A stretch of 64,000 bases of DNA from Escherichia coli (GTDB lineage Bacteria; Pseudomonadota; Gammaproteobacteria; Enterobacterales; Enterobacteriaceae), in assembly GCF_013315695.1 (NCBI RefSeq), contig NZ_CP054353.1, one strand, 5' to 3'. The position numbers were made by a program, and so were the translations under genes. Below the pieces are notes generated by a model, which saw nothing but the letters and a program-made list of their open reading frames with translations, searched no databases and was not told the DNA's origin. This document shows positions 28,190 to 39,333 of the stretch, one piece after another (the first letter of the stretch is position 1; each line of letters opens with the position of its first letter).

Positions 28190-28660
28190 ATGCTGAAAAT
28201 GAACTCATTACGCGAAGCACTGACCAGCAACTGCCGGTGGTGCAAAGCCAATCCGGAAAAATTCACGGTATTCACTGAGTCCGGAGGCATTGAGACCACC
28301 GCAGAAAGACCGTCATTTCTGTATCGCTACAACCTGGTCGTTTTCATCATGGATTTCACGGAAAGCATCGACAACATCATGCTGCCGGTAATGGCGTGGC
28401 TGTACCGCAACCAGCCTGACCTGCTGCTTAATCCGGAGAAGAACAAAAGCATTAAATTTTCGACGGCCATTAACGACGATGACAGCGCCGATATCCTGCT
28501 GGAAATCCCGGTATGGGAACGCGTGATTGTACGCCGCAACGATGACGGCACGGTAACGGCAGAGCATATCGGTGAGCCACCGATAAGCCGGGCACTGGAA
28601 GCATGGCGAGTGGTCTTTGAAGACATGACATGGAAAACCGCAGAAGAGGCCGGGGCATGA
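28190..28660 (+). CDS. tail completion protein, P2 gpR-like
   Basis: 156 aa; MLKMNSLREALT start resembles P2 R; P2 gene order. Confidence 0.8.
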   Translation: MLKMNSLREALTSNCRWCKANPEKFTVFTESGGIETTAERPSFLYRYNLVVFIMDFTESIDNIMLPVMAWLYRNQPDLLLNPEKNKSIKFSTAINDDDSADILLEIPVWERVIVRRNDDGTVTAEHIGEPPISRALEAWRVVFEDMTWKTAEEAGA

Positions 28661-29292
28661 GAGACGCTCACGAACTGGATGCCATCTTTCAGGATATTCT
28701 TTCCGGCCTGTCGGCTGCTGGCATTCAGCGCACAGCAATGAACGTGGGTAAGATTATCCGGCAGCAACAGGCCAGGCGCATCAGAAACCAGGTATCCCCG
28801 GAAGGCCAGCCCTGGGAGAAACGAAAACGCCGCATAATGCGTATACAAAAAGGCGTGAAGTTTATCTGGAAAGACGGACAGGTGAGAAACCTGAAAAACT
28901 GGAGCACATCCCGGGGACGGTTCGGGCAGAAAATTACCGGCTACGATACAGACACCGGGGGTATCCGGACGTTTTACAAAGCGGATATCGAAGATTACCT
29001 GGAAATTAACACTCTGCGTGTTGGCGCGAAAACAACTCGCCCTTCCCCCATGTTTGAAAAGCTGAGAACGCCGCGCTTCATGAAAATAACCCCGGCTCCT
29101 GACGGCGTAAGCGTTGGGTTTCAGGGGCGGGCCGCGCGTATTGCCAGGGTACATCAGTTCGGAGAAGTGAGCCTGGTATCACCCGGGAACGCCACGAAAT
29201 ACCCCGTGCGCGAGCTGCTGGGCCTGAACGGGAAAGACAAACAGCAAATCACAGAAACCGTGATAGCCGGACTGGGGAAAGCGACGAAATGA
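28657..29292 (+). CDS. tail completion protein, P2 gpS-like
   Basis: ATGA-coupled to R; size and order. Confidence 0.75.
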   Translation: MRDAHELDAIFQDILSGLSAAGIQRTAMNVGKIIRQQQARRIRNQVSPEGQPWEKRKRRIMRIQKGVKFIWKDGQVRNLKNWSTSRGRFGQKITGYDTDTGGIRTFYKADIEDYLEINTLRVGAKTTRPSPMFEKLRTPRFMKITPAPDGVSVGFQGRAARIARVHQFGEVSLVSPGNATKYPVRELLGLNGKDKQQITETVIAGLGKATK

Positions 29293-29870
29293 ACATCGAG
29301 CTTATGCGACTGCTGCACAACATTGTCCGCATTGGCGTGGTCACAGAAATCAACACCGACAACTGGGAGGTTCGCGTGCAGAGCGGCGGACTGACCACCA
29401 ACTGGATCAGATGGAACTGCGGGCGGGCCGGAAAATTCAGAATCTGGATCCCGCCATCACCGGGCGAACAGGTGCTTATCCTGTGCCCCGGCGGCAACCC
29501 GGAAACCGCCGTCAGCGCGGGTAGCCTGTACAGTAATGACAACCCACCGCCGGACTCGCTGGAAAACGAAATGGTCATCACCGCACCGGACGGTGCAGTG
29601 TTTCGCTATAACGCACAGGAAAGCGCGCTGACTGCAACAGGCATTAAAACCGCAACCATCACAGCGGAAACCCGCATCACGCTGGACACGCCAAGGGTGG
29701 AATGCACGCAGCACCTGAAGGCAAAAACATTCGAGCTGACCGAAGGCGGGAAGATGACCGGTAACATCACGCACACCGGAGGAAGCCTGACCTCCAACGG
29801 CATCACGGTACACAGCCACGTACACGGCGGAGTCAGAAGCGGCGGAGACACAAGCGGAGGTCCACAGTGA
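29289..29870 (+). CDS. baseplate spike/assembly protein, P2 gpV-like
   Basis: 193 aa; order and coupling. Confidence 0.8.
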   Translation: MNIELMRLLHNIVRIGVVTEINTDNWEVRVQSGGLTTNWIRWNCGRAGKFRIWIPPSPGEQVLILCPGGNPETAVSAGSLYSNDNPPPDSLENEMVITAPDGAVFRYNAQESALTATGIKTATITAETRITLDTPRVECTQHLKAKTFELTEGGKMTGNITHTGGSLTSNGITVHSHVHGGVRSGGDTSGGPQ

Positions 29871-30235
29871 GCATTGACTACACCGGCATGAATCCGCACG
29901 GCACGGGAACAATTTCAGGGCACGAACACCTGAAGAACGCCATCATGGACATCATCATGACACCTGTCGGAACACGCGTCATGAGACGGGACTATGGCAG
30001 CCTGGTTCCCGGACTCATCGACAGCCCGATGAATGATGTAACCCGCCTTCAGTGCATGAGTGCAGCTGTAATAGCAATCAGCCGCTGGGAGCCGCGCGTG
30101 GCCGTGAGCGCCGTTGATGTGGCATGGGATAAACAGGGGCGGGCCATGCTGTCCCTGAACTGCCTGATTGTAAACACCATGGAAAAACTGGAGTTTTCTG
30201 TAGAGATGGGAGGAAAGGCGGATGCCGGCCATTGA
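29867..30235 (+). CDS. baseplate wedge protein, P2 gpW-like (gp25 fold)
   Basis: 122 aa; order and coupling. Confidence 0.8.
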   Translation: MSIDYTGMNPHGTGTISGHEHLKNAIMDIIMTPVGTRVMRRDYGSLVPGLIDSPMNDVTRLQCMSAAVIAISRWEPRVAVSAVDVAWDKQGRAMLSLNCLIVNTMEKLEFSVEMGGKADAGH

Positions 30236-31118
30236 TTTATCTGAACTGCCAAAACCGAACGTTATCGAAACGCTGGATTACGAGGTGATACTGGCAGAAA
30301 CGAAAGCATTCATCACCGGTCTTTACCCGGCAGAAATGCAGGCAGCCGTCACTGCCGCAATGACGCTGGAATCAGAACCCCTGAACATTATTGCCCAGGG
30401 CATGGCTTTTCGTGAGCTCATTATTCGCCAGAGAATCAATGACGCCGCAGGTGCCGTTTTGCTGAGCCATGCGGTATCCACAGACCTGGATCATGTTGCC
30501 GCGAACCTGAACACCATTCGCCTTGTCACCACACCTGCAACAGATACCCGTGACGCCATCATGGAAAGTGATACCGCTCTGCGTCTTCGGGCACAGTCTG
30601 CCTTTGACGGACTGAGTGTTGCCGGACCGGCAGGTGCATATGAGTATTTTGCCCGAAGTGTGAGCGGAAGCATTGCCGATGTAAGGGCGACGAGCCCATC
30701 CCCCGCCCAGGTCACCGTGGCAGTATTGTCCACTGACGGCGACGGCAGAGCTTCCGAAGACTTGATCGAAAAAGTCAGAACCGCACTGAGCGCGGAGGAC
30801 GTCCGCCCGGTGGGAGACCGTCTTACCGTAAAGAGCGCTGAAATCATTAACTACCAAATCAACGCCAGACTCTATTTTTATCCGGGACCGGAATCAGAGC
30901 CGATACTGAATGCGGCAAAAAACAACCTGGAAGCCTGGATCAGGGAGCAAAGAAAGATAGGCCGTGACGTTGCGCTTTCGGCCATCATGGCGGTACTGCA
31001 TGTTCAGGGGGTTCAGCGGGTGGAGCTGATTGAGCCAAAGCAAAACATTACCGTCAGTGATGTGCAGTCAGCCTATTGCACGTCATTCAATGTAAGCACC
31101 GGGGGAACCAATGAATAA
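30222..31118 (+). CDS. baseplate protein, P2 gpJ-like
   Basis: 298 aa; order. Confidence 0.82.
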   Translation: MPAIDLSELPKPNVIETLDYEVILAETKAFITGLYPAEMQAAVTAAMTLESEPLNIIAQGMAFRELIIRQRINDAAGAVLLSHAVSTDLDHVAANLNTIRLVTTPATDTRDAIMESDTALRLRAQSAFDGLSVAGPAGAYEYFARSVSGSIADVRATSPSPAQVTVAVLSTDGDGRASEDLIEKVRTALSAEDVRPVGDRLTVKSAEIINYQINARLYFYPGPESEPILNAAKNNLEAWIREQRKIGRDVALSAIMAVLHVQGVQRVELIEPKQNITVSDVQSAYCTSFNVSTGGTNE

Positions 31119-31644
31119 GACATCATTGCTGCCCCCTTCCGCCACAGAATTCATACGCAAAGCAGAGCGTGGCGGTGAACGGTTAATGGCGCTGCCCGTC
31201 GGTATTCGCCATCTCTGGGATCCTGACTCATGCCCCGTGCAGCTGCTGCCTTATCTGGCATGGGCGTTGTCGGTTGACAGATGGGATCAGAACTGGCCGG
31301 AGGAAACCAAGCGGCAGGTCATTCGCGATTCATGGGATATTCACCGGCATAAAGGCACCATCAAAGCCATTCGCCGGGTTGTTGAGCCGTTTGGTTATGT
31401 GATCAGGGTAACCGAATGGTGGGAAACCAACGAAACACCAGGAACATTCCGGCTGGATATCGGCGTACTGGATATCGGGATCACCGAAGAGATGTACAGG
31501 GAAGTCGAACGCCTGGTGGCCGACGCGCGCCCGGTCAGTCGCCACCTGATCGGCCTGAACATCATTCAGGACGTACCGGGTTACATGTACACCGGCGGCA
31601 TCGCCTACGACGGCGACATCATTACAATTTATCCGGCAGAGTAG
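31111..31644 (+). CDS. baseplate protein, P2 gpI-like
   Basis: 177 aa; order. Confidence 0.8.
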   Translation: MNKTSLLPPSATEFIRKAERGGERLMALPVGIRHLWDPDSCPVQLLPYLAWALSVDRWDQNWPEETKRQVIRDSWDIHRHKGTIKAIRRVVEPFGYVIRVTEWWETNETPGTFRLDIGVLDIGITEEMYREVERLVADARPVSRHLIGLNIIQDVPGYMYTGGIAYDGDIITIYPAE

Positions 31645-31650
31645 AGCACT

Positions 31651-34632
31651 ATGAGCGTGAAATTTAAAACTGTGATCACTAAAAGCGGCGCAGCAAAAAT
31701 CGCCGCAGCGACCAGCGCATCAGGAAAAAAAGTCAACATCACGCACATGGCCGTTGGTGATGGTGACGGTAATTTACCTACCCCCTCCTCATCCCAGAAA
31801 AAACTTATTCGTGAGGTCTGGCGCGGCACACCAAATAAGGTCGTTCAGGACAGCAAAAAACCAAACCAGATTATTGCTGAGCTGGTCATCCCTCCTGATG
31901 CCGGTGGATTCTGGATGCGTGAAATTGGGTTGTTTGATGACTCGGGAACGCTGATCGCTGTTGCCAATATGGCCGAAAGCTACAAACCGCTGCTGTCTGA
32001 AGGTTCCGGCAGGGCGATGACATGCCGCATGGTTATTGTCATCAGCGATGTAAGCGCGGTGAAGGTGTCTGTGGACACCACGACGATTATGGCAACCCAG
32101 GATTACGTTGATGATAAAATCGCTGAGCATGAGCAGTCGCGCCGACATCCCGATGCCACCCTGACCCAGAAAGGCTTCACCCAACTGGACAGCTCGGTAA
32201 ACAGTAGCAGTGAGGCGAAAGCTGCAACACCAAAAGCAGTAAAAACACTGAACGATACAAAGGCCCCGCTGAACAGCCCTAAGCTGACCGGAACACCGAC
32301 TGCCCCCACGGCAGCAAAAGGGGTCAACAACACCCAGATAGCGACAACCGCTTACGTGATGGCAGCAATCGCTAATTTAGTGGACTCATCACCGGACGCC
32401 CTGAATACGCTGAACGAGCTGGCGCAGGCGCTGGGAGATGACCCAAACTTTTCTGCCACCATGACAAAGGCACTGGCCGGAAAGCAACCCCTTGACGCCA
32501 CGCTGACAGCAATAGCAGCACTGGCTACAGCAGCTGATAAACTGCCTTACTTCACCGGAAGCGACAAGGCAGCACTGACAGCGCTGACGAAAGTTGGCCG
32601 GGACATTCTCGGGAAGGCATCCGTCAGTGAGGTCATTACATACCTGGGCCTCACTAACACCATCACGCAGGCATCGGGCGCACTTCAGAAAGCACAGAAC
32701 GGTAAAGACATCCCGAATAAAGCAACTTTTCTGACGAACATTGGCGTTACCAGCCAGACATTCATGAAGCACAACGGAGAACTGCCCGAAGATGCGGACC
32801 TGAATACCTATGGCCCGGTTGCGGCAACACTGGGAACATGGGGAAAAGCCTCATCAACCAATGCAACGATCGCTAAAAATTTCCCGGAAGAGAGCGCTGT
32901 GGGGATACTGGAAGTCCTTACTGGCGGATCATTTAACGGAACGCAAAGGTACACCTGCCGCAGCGGGAATATTTATGTTCGGACCCTGACCGCCAGATGG
33001 AACGGTACAAACGGACCATGGGGAGTGTGGCGAAACGTACAGATGGCGACCAGGCCACTTAGCACAACCATTGATCTGAATACCCTGGGGAATGCAGGTG
33101 ATATCGGCATATGGAGGAACAGTAACGCCAGTATTGCTTCATTCACCAGAAACTACCCCGAAGAAGGCAATAATGCCCAGGGGATTCTCGAGCTTATGGA
33201 AGGGGGTGCGTATGGGCGAACCCAGCGCTACACGACCATTCTCGGGAACGTGTATATTCGCACCCTTACAACAACATGGGACGCGTCCGCGCCGAAATGG
33301 GGAGGGTGGCACAGAGTCGGACATCAGTCTGACGGGGCATATCGTGATGATGACCTGAACACCATGAAAACGCCGGGCATTTACAGTGTGACCAACAAGG
33401 CAAAAAACGGCCCCATGAAGAGCGGAAATGAAAATTTGCTGGGGATCCTTGAAGTCATAAGGCGACTGGATGGCAGAACCTTTGTGCAGCGTTACACCAC
33501 AGCCGGAACGGCGACACTGACCCGGGGGCGATCTTTTGAAAGAACCTTCAGCGGTGACGCCTGGACAGAATGGCGGGAAATCTATAACTCATTCAGTCTT
33601 GCCCAGAGTCTGGGGATGGGTCGTGCGGTAGCAAGACTATCCAGCCTGGACTGGCAGACCTACGACTTTGTACCTGGCAGTTTGATCACCGTTCGGCTGG
33701 ATGACATGACCAACATTCCTGACAGCATGGACTGGGGGGTTATCGATGGCAACATAATAAATATTGCCGTTGGCCCGAGTGAGGATTCAGGTTCTGGCAG
33801 GTCAGTAATGGTATGGCGCGGTACAGTAAGTAAAGCGAACTACCGTTTCTTTATGGCACGAATTGCCGGGAATCCGGGAAATCGCACGATCACAACAAGA
33901 CGAGTACCAATTATTGATGAAGCCCAGACGTGGGGGGCAAAACAGATATTCAGTTCTGGCCTTTCAGGTGAGTTATCCGGCAACGCATCAACTGCAACAA
34001 AACTTAAAACCGCTCGCAAGATTAACGGCGTTGCGTTTGATGGTTCGGCAAATATTGAAGCGTTTCCCCCCGGCGTTCCACTGCCGTGGCCATCAGATAC
34101 ACCACCTGCTGGCTATGCCATTATGCAGGGGCAAACCTTCGACAAGGCAAAATACCCGAAACTTGCCATTGCCTACCCGTCAGGAAAGCTTCCTGATATG
34201 CGGGGATGGACAATCAAGGGGAAACCCGCCAGCGGTCGGGCGGTATTATCGCAGGAGCAGGACGGTATTAAATCGCATACCCATACGGCCAGCGTGTCAA
34301 AGACCGATCTGGGTTCGAAAACGACCAGTTCATTTAATTATGGAACCAAAACAACCAGCACAGGCGGGAGACACGAGCATGATGTTCCGCTCAAGTATCA
34401 GAACGGTGGCGGTGTAAACTTTGACTGGCTGGACGGAGCATCAAACAGTGGTGTTATTGCATACGGTAAAGTACCTGCCGCCGGTGAACACACCCACACC
34501 GTGGCAATCGGGGAGCACACTCATACCGTCCCATTGGGATCACACGGGCACGGCGTGACCGTTAACGCCACAGGCAACACGGAAAACACCGTGAAAAACA
34601 TTGCGTTTAACTACATCGTGAGGCTTGCATAA
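31651..34632 (+). CDS. tail fiber protein, P2 gpH-like N-terminus with long divergent C-terminal domain
   Basis: 993 aa; N-terminus [23 protein letters not shown] resembles P2 H; C-terminal HxH repeats ([24 protein letters not shown]). Confidence 0.85.
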   Translation: MSVKFKTVITKSGAAKIAAATSASGKKVNITHMAVGDGDGNLPTPSSSQKKLIREVWRGTPNKVVQDSKKPNQIIAELVIPPDAGGFWMREIGLFDDSGTLIAVANMAESYKPLLSEGSGRAMTCRMVIVISDVSAVKVSVDTTTIMATQDYVDDKIAEHEQSRRHPDATLTQKGFTQLDSSVNSSSEAKAATPKAVKTLNDTKAPLNSPKLTGTPTAPTAAKGVNNTQIATTAYVMAAIANLVDSSPDALNTLNELAQALGDDPNFSATMTKALAGKQPLDATLTAIAALATAADKLPYFTGSDKAALTALTKVGRDILGKASVSEVITYLGLTNTITQASGALQKAQNGKDIPNKATFLTNIGVTSQTFMKHNGELPEDADLNTYGPVAATLGTWGKASSTNATIAKNFPEESAVGILEVLTGGSFNGTQRYTCRSGNIYVRTLTARWNGTNGPWGVWRNVQMATRPLSTTIDLNTLGNAGDIGIWRNSNASIASFTRNYPEEGNNAQGILELMEGGAYGRTQRYTTILGNVYIRTLTTTWDASAPKWGGWHRVGHQSDGAYRDDDLNTMKTPGIYSVTNKAKNGPMKSGNENLLGILEVIRRLDGRTFVQRYTTAGTATLTRGRSFERTFSGDAWTEWREIYNSFSLAQSLGMGRAVARLSSLDWQTYDFVPGSLITVRLDDMTNIPDSMDWGVIDGNIINIAVGPSEDSGSGRSVMVWRGTVSKANYRFFMARIAGNPGNRTITTRRVPIIDEAQTWGAKQIFSSGLSGELSGNASTATKLKTARKINGVAFDGSANIEAFPPGVPLPWPSDTPPAGYAIMQGQTFDKAKYPKLAIAYPSGKLPDMRGWTIKGKPASGRAVLSQEQDGIKSHTHTASVSKTDLGSKTTSSFNYGTKTTSTGGRHEHDVPLKYQNGGGVNFDWLDGASNSGVIAYGKVPAAGEHTHTVAIGEHTHTVPLGSHGHGVTVNATGNTENTVKNIAFNYIVRLA

Positions 34633-35378
34633 TGACCTTTACAATGGAAGACGAAGCCAGAATGCTTCACGTATTTCATATTCACCCGGAAACCAGCGAA
34701 CTGACTGGAGAAAGCGACGTATATATCCCACCGTATACCGGGTTGCCCGCAGGCTGTACGACGACCGAGCCGCCACATATCCCGGAAGGGTTCGTGGCGC
34801 TTTTTGATGACGTGCGCCAGCGCTGGGAGCTTGCAGAAGATCACCGGGGAAAAGTGGTGTGGAATACGGCATCCGGGGATGAGATCGCAATTACGGAAAT
34901 CGGACCGCTACCTGAAAATACAACAACGGCAGCCCCGTCAACAGCCGCAGACAAGTTTATTGATGGCGAGTGGAGAGAAGATCGCAGTCTGGCAATCAGC
35001 ATAAAAAATAACGAGATAAACGAATGGCGAAGCACCATGGAAGCCGCGAATTACGTTTTCACGTTCAATGGTCGTAGCTGGGATTACGGAAAAGAAACCC
35101 AGTCCCGGCTGGATCCATCAGTGACAGCCGCAAAGTCCGGGTTATTACCGGAGGGATTTTTCTGGACGGATGCCGATAACAACGATATCCCGGTTACCGC
35201 AGATGAATTGATCGCACTGAGCAATGCTGCATCTGCTGCAATGTTTACCAAGGGAATGGAAATACATATCCGGCAACGGGAAATGAAAAAAGCCATAGAG
35301 GAATTACAGGACCCCGGCGAAATCATGGCATACCCGGTGGGATGGAAAACAGATACCGGAGACGGTGCCGGTGAGTGA
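34632..35378 (+). CDS. tail fiber assembly chaperone (gpG/Tfa-like)
   Basis: 248 aa directly after and overlapping the fiber gene. Confidence 0.7.
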   Translation: MTFTMEDEARMLHVFHIHPETSELTGESDVYIPPYTGLPAGCTTTEPPHIPEGFVALFDDVRQRWELAEDHRGKVVWNTASGDEIAITEIGPLPENTTTAAPSTAADKFIDGEWREDRSLAISIKNNEINEWRSTMEAANYVFTFNGRSWDYGKETQSRLDPSVTAAKSGLLPEGFFWTDADNNDIPVTADELIALSNAASAAMFTKGMEIHIRQREMKKAIEELQDPGEIMAYPVGWKTDTGDGAGE

Positions 35379-35383
35379 AAGTT

Positions 35384-35408
35384 AAAACGCCCGACTGACG
35401 GGCGTTTT
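35384..35408. terminator. bidirectional terminator between convergent G and U (aaaacgcccg-actgac-gggcgtttt)
   Basis: Perfect 6-bp GC stem flanked by A-run and T-run. Confidence 0.7.
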
Positions 35409-35410
35409 AA

Positions 35411-35887
35411 TTATCTTACCAGCGCCAGCGCAGAACTGATGCCGGACTTAATATTATTTGTCAGATCTCCCAGAGATGAAGACTGAAGACGTTCGCGGAG
35501 ATCTTCATTCACACGCTGAAAGGTCACCGTAAACTCAATCTTCCGCGCCTTGCCATAGCGATCAAGCTCTGAACGCGTGGTATTCAGAGCGGTAATAACG
35601 TACATACCGTAAATCTGCCCGACACCATCAATCAGCGGCCATGGACGTCCAGCATACGCCTGAGTTGTCAGCGCGGTAAGTGAGACTTCACCGCCTGTAA
35701 TTTCCGGGTAGAGAAGACCGGAAAGCGTGATGGTATCGTCACCCGCGCCGATATACTGCCAGCTGGCCGAGCGATTGATTCGCTCATTCTTCACGTGGCG
35801 CCAGTTACGGGACTGCTGTATTTGTTGGTGTGGCAGCGTGCTTAACTGAAAAACAAACATGCCGTAAATCATCATCATAATCACCAC
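35411..35887 (-). CDS. tail protein, P2 gpU-like
   Basis: About 155 aa; last gene of the FI-FII-E-T-U order; exact start among several Met codons unresolved. Confidence 0.75.
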   Translation of the reverse strand: MVIMMMIYGMFVFQLSTLPHQQIQQSRNWRHVKNERINRSASWQYIGAGDDTITLSGLLYPEITGGEVSLTALTTQAYAGRPWPLIDGVGQIYGMYVITALNTTRSELDRYGKARKIEFTVTFQRVNEDLRERLQSSSLGDLTNNIKSGISSALALVR

Positions 35888-35889
35888 TC

Positions 35890-38748
35890 CTAATCACGAT
35901 CGCGGAAGCTGTTCATCCCGGCGGATTGTCTGCGAATTTCTTCCCGTACAGCCTCCCCCACCATTCTGGCAAGGTCGCGCGGGTTCTGCGTCGCCACGTT
36001 GTGAAGATGAACGTGGATTTCCCCACCGAACACAGACGACGGTTCAGGAGAGCGCGAAGCCTCCCGGGTAGCCGGGGAGACTGGCGCCCACTGCTTAACC
36101 TCCACGGAACGGGAAGCATCCCGGGAGACCTCCGGAGGCACAGGCGAAACCGGAGGCATAACCGGTAGTCCTGGCGCAACAGTCGGCTCATTCCACTGCC
36201 CGCGAACAGCCAGCGCACGGGGGAGGTTTTTAAACACGATATCGCCGGGACCGATACGCTTGCGGGCTTCATGAAGCATGCCCGACGTATTACCCTCGAT
36301 ACCTTTAAGCCTGCGAAGAACGGCGCTGTTACCGCTGGTTATGCCGGGGGGATTGCTGGTTTTACCGTCATTCTGTGGATTACCATTCCCGTTGTTATTA
36401 TTGCTGACAGGAGCGGCCGGAGTGGGTACCCAGGACTTCTGAACCATTTTTTTCTGAACAGGGTCCCACTCCCACATAACCGGAGCCTTTGCAACTGCCT
36501 CAGCACGATTTTTCGCCCGCTCAACTTCAGAAGGGAGCACGCCGAGTTTTTCCAGCACCCATGCCAGGCCGTCCATCAACGCCTGAAGAGGAGTAAGCGC
36601 AAGCGATATCGCCCCGCTGAGCACGCGACCAAAAGTTTCCCCGACCGAGGCACACCGTTCAAGAGATTCATGGCTGGTCTGAACAGGTGTGAGTAACCGC
36701 CTGAACCAGTCATACACCGTGGACACCGCACCCGATACCAGATCAAACAGCGGCGCAAACTGAGCAACACCTTCACGAACAGGCGCAAGGCCAGCCCACA
36801 GCGCCCGGAATGTTCCGAGCATAAAAGCCTTAACCTGTTCCCAGTGACGCCATATGAGCAGCGCTCCACCGGCAAGGGCAGCAACCACGAGACCAACAGG
36901 ACTGAGAAGACCGGCAAGCGCCCCGCCCAGCACTGAAACCGCACCGGATACCATCCCCCACAGTGCCGGAAGGCCAGACAGGCGAAGGGCAAGACCACCA
37001 ACGCCAGTTGCAACAGAGGAAAACCCGCCACCAAGAAGCGCAGAGCCAAGCTGAAGTTTTGCAAAAATACCGGTCAGCACCCCGGAGGTCAGGGACAACG
37101 CCCCAAGGGCTGTCGTGGCCGCAAGAACACCACCGGCAACAATCGCCAGAGTACGCACCAGTTGCGGATTATCCTGAACCCATCCTCTGAGCCGTTCACC
37201 CCATGATACCGCTACCTGAACAAGTTCGCGGAGGTCATCGGTGACAAGGGCAACGACATCACTGCGTATACCGGAGAAGACACCAGACAGGCGATCGGCA
37301 TCACCGCCAAGGTTATCCCGCAGAACATCACCCATACGCCGGGCGGTTCCCTGCACCTGCCCCATACGGTCAGACACCGTTGCCAGCGAGCGGAGAAAAT
37401 CCGGGATCTGATCAACGGCCAGATCTTCGATGGGTGTGCCGAACAGCGCTATCGCCGCATTGGCTCGTTCCGCAGGATCCTGAATCTTCAGCAGCCCGGC
37501 AGCCGTTCGCTGCATTGCCTCGCGAGCAGCCGCGCCTCCGCTGGCAATCGCTGACAACATTTTTTCCGCATTAAGGCCAATCAGCCCATAAGCCTCAACG
37601 CTTGCTTTGGACATATCCGAGCCACGAATACTGAATTCCTTGACGGCATCGCCGGTTTTATCCAGGGCGAATTTCCCCTGCTGCGCCATGCTGACAAGCA
37701 GCGTCATGGTTTCAGAGCCGGAGAGCCCCATATTGCGGAAATGCGTGGAATACTCATGCAGAATTTCAGGAAGTTCGCCGCGCATTTCGGCGGACATTTT
37801 CTGCATGCCTGCCGCCATCAGGTCCACGGCCTCACCTGCATTTGCAGCGAGACCGTTTTTCAGCATGATGCCGGCCGCCTGAACCTGTTCAGCCACATTA
37901 CCGCCGGTGACCTGAGCAAGATCGATTGCCTGCCGTGTCACCCTCTCTAGTTCTTCAGTCCCTACAGTACCCAGTGCGCCAAGCGTGCTTTGCGCCGCAG
38001 CTGCCGCTTCGGAAATCATCGCGATATCCGTAGCCGCACCTGACGCACGGATGTTCTGAATCATACGGCTGTAGCGCTGGCCGTCTTCTGCGCTGCCTCC
38101 ACTCTGTGCCGCAATGAGCGCACCCTGCCGTTGCTCTTCAACAACAGGTGCAACCGCACGTCCGGCGGCGTACAGACCAGCACTGCCCGCTGCCATGGCA
38201 AGCGCACCGCGCTGGCTGAGTTTACCGGCGATATCCTGAACACGATCGTAACGTTGTTGTGCCTGCGTGACGCGCGCAAGCTGAGCCTGCTGGCGCTCAA
38301 GCTGATCGTTGTATTCCTGCGTTCGCCTGATTGCTTCTTCAGTGGTGCGGTTACTTCCGTCCGCCCGTATACCGTGAGACTCCAGCTCACGACCGGCTTC
38401 CCGTAGCCGGGACTGGTGAAGGGCGTAAACGGTATTAAGACGCTCAATCTTTGCAGTCAGTGAGCGGATAGCTTCCTGCTGTTTTTCCGTCAGTGTCGTG
38501 CCAGTACGCTGGACCTCCAGGAGGCGCTGAAGTCGCCCACGCGCCTCGTTCAGGCTGTTTTCAGTCGAGGCAACCTGCTGACGGGCACGGGAAAACGCAT
38601 CACTGCTTCGCTGGAGTGACTTAAGAGCGTTCTGCGTGGAGGAAAGAGATTCGGAAAGCGCGCCGGTCATTTCCCGGGCGCGCCTGACGGGTTGGGTGAG
38701 ACGGTCGACCGCAGTGAGGGCTACACGTATCTGGAGATTATTACTCAT
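35890..38748 (-). CDS. tail tape measure protein, P2 gpT-like
   Basis: 952 aa from ATG (MSNNLQIRV); Ala/Gly-rich helical protein; ORF-track frame extends to 38802. Confidence 0.85.
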   Translation of the reverse strand: MSNNLQIRVALTAVDRLTQPVRRAREMTGALSESLSSTQNALKSLQRSSDAFSRARQQVASTENSLNEARGRLQRLLEVQRTGTTLTEKQQEAIRSLTAKIERLNTVYALHQSRLREAGRELESHGIRADGSNRTTEEAIRRTQEYNDQLERQQAQLARVTQAQQRYDRVQDIAGKLSQRGALAMAAGSAGLYAAGRAVAPVVEEQRQGALIAAQSGGSAEDGQRYSRMIQNIRASGAATDIAMISEAAAAAQSTLGALGTVGTEELERVTRQAIDLAQVTGGNVAEQVQAAGIMLKNGLAANAGEAVDLMAAGMQKMSAEMRGELPEILHEYSTHFRNMGLSGSETMTLLVSMAQQGKFALDKTGDAVKEFSIRGSDMSKASVEAYGLIGLNAEKMLSAIASGGAAAREAMQRTAAGLLKIQDPAERANAAIALFGTPIEDLAVDQIPDFLRSLATVSDRMGQVQGTARRMGDVLRDNLGGDADRLSGVFSGIRSDVVALVTDDLRELVQVAVSWGERLRGWVQDNPQLVRTLAIVAGGVLAATTALGALSLTSGVLTGIFAKLQLGSALLGGGFSSVATGVGGLALRLSGLPALWGMVSGAVSVLGGALAGLLSPVGLVVAALAGGALLIWRHWEQVKAFMLGTFRALWAGLAPVREGVAQFAPLFDLVSGAVSTVYDWFRRLLTPVQTSHESLERCASVGETFGRVLSGAISLALTPLQALMDGLAWVLEKLGVLPSEVERAKNRAEAVAKAPVMWEWDPVQKKMVQKSWVPTPAAPVSNNNNGNGNPQNDGKTSNPPGITSGNSAVLRRLKGIEGNTSGMLHEARKRIGPGDIVFKNLPRALAVRGQWNEPTVAPGLPVMPPVSPVPPEVSRDASRSVEVKQWAPVSPATREASRSPEPSSVFGGEIHVHLHNVATQNPRDLARMVGEAVREEIRRQSAGMNSFRDRD

Positions 38749-39288
38749 CGTTATGATTCCCGGATCTGGCAGCCGCCCGCTCTCGCCAGGCAACAACCTC
38801 ACCAGGACTCATACCGAATATCTCTGCGGGCGACCAGTTAAAGACAACAGCGATATCAGCGACAAGCTCTTCGATATCGTCAAACAGGAGACGAATTACA
38901 TCACACCTGTATTCGTCTTTTTCTTGCCGGGCAAGGCCTTCGGCGAGAAAAAATACGTTGCCGCCGTGGAAAGCGCCCCGAAATCCTCCGTGCGCATGGT
39001 CGACAGTTCCGCTTCAGTAAGGCGGGGCTCTGTAACACGGCTGAGATAAACGCACATCGCGTTAAAGTTCAGGCTGTACAGGTGAGCCAGAGACAGACCA
39101 CGCAGTGAACCACTCTGACGGGCACGTTCGCCAATCTTCACATGTGTAATAACCTGTTCACCACGGACAACCGGAACGGTTAACTCAATGGGCTCACCGT
39201 TATAGGCAACCTCATTACCATCAGCAACATCAAAGTTGTCGACGTTATCAGCACCGGCAACCAGTACTTCGTTTTGTTTTTTTGACAT
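38741..39288 (-). CDS. predicted E+E' -1 frameshift product of the tail chaperone
   Basis: The -1 frame from the TTTTTTC site (plus 38947-38953) stays open to a TAA that overlaps the tape-measure ATG (ATGAGTAA). Confidence 0.5.
38896..39288 (-). CDS. tail assembly chaperone, P2 gpE-like (frame 0 product)
   Basis: 130 aa; lies between tail tube and tape measure; contains slippery heptamer T TTT TTC. Confidence 0.7.
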   Translation of the reverse strand: MSKKQNEVLVAGADNVDNFDVADGNEVAYNGEPIELTVPVVRGEQVITHVKIGERARQSGSLRGLSLAHLYSLNFNAMCVYLSRVTEPRLTEAELSTMRTEDFGALSTAATYFFSPKALPGKKKTNTGVM

Positions 39289-39333
39289 TGTGAAATTCTC
39301 CTGGCGGCCACACGACCGCCGTCAGTCAGTTAA

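Noticed and set aside
35379-35410. Cargo at the P2 Z/fun position after the tail fiber assembly gene
   Set aside because: Only a 32-bp terminator separates G from the next gene, so there is no room for a gene in this prophage.
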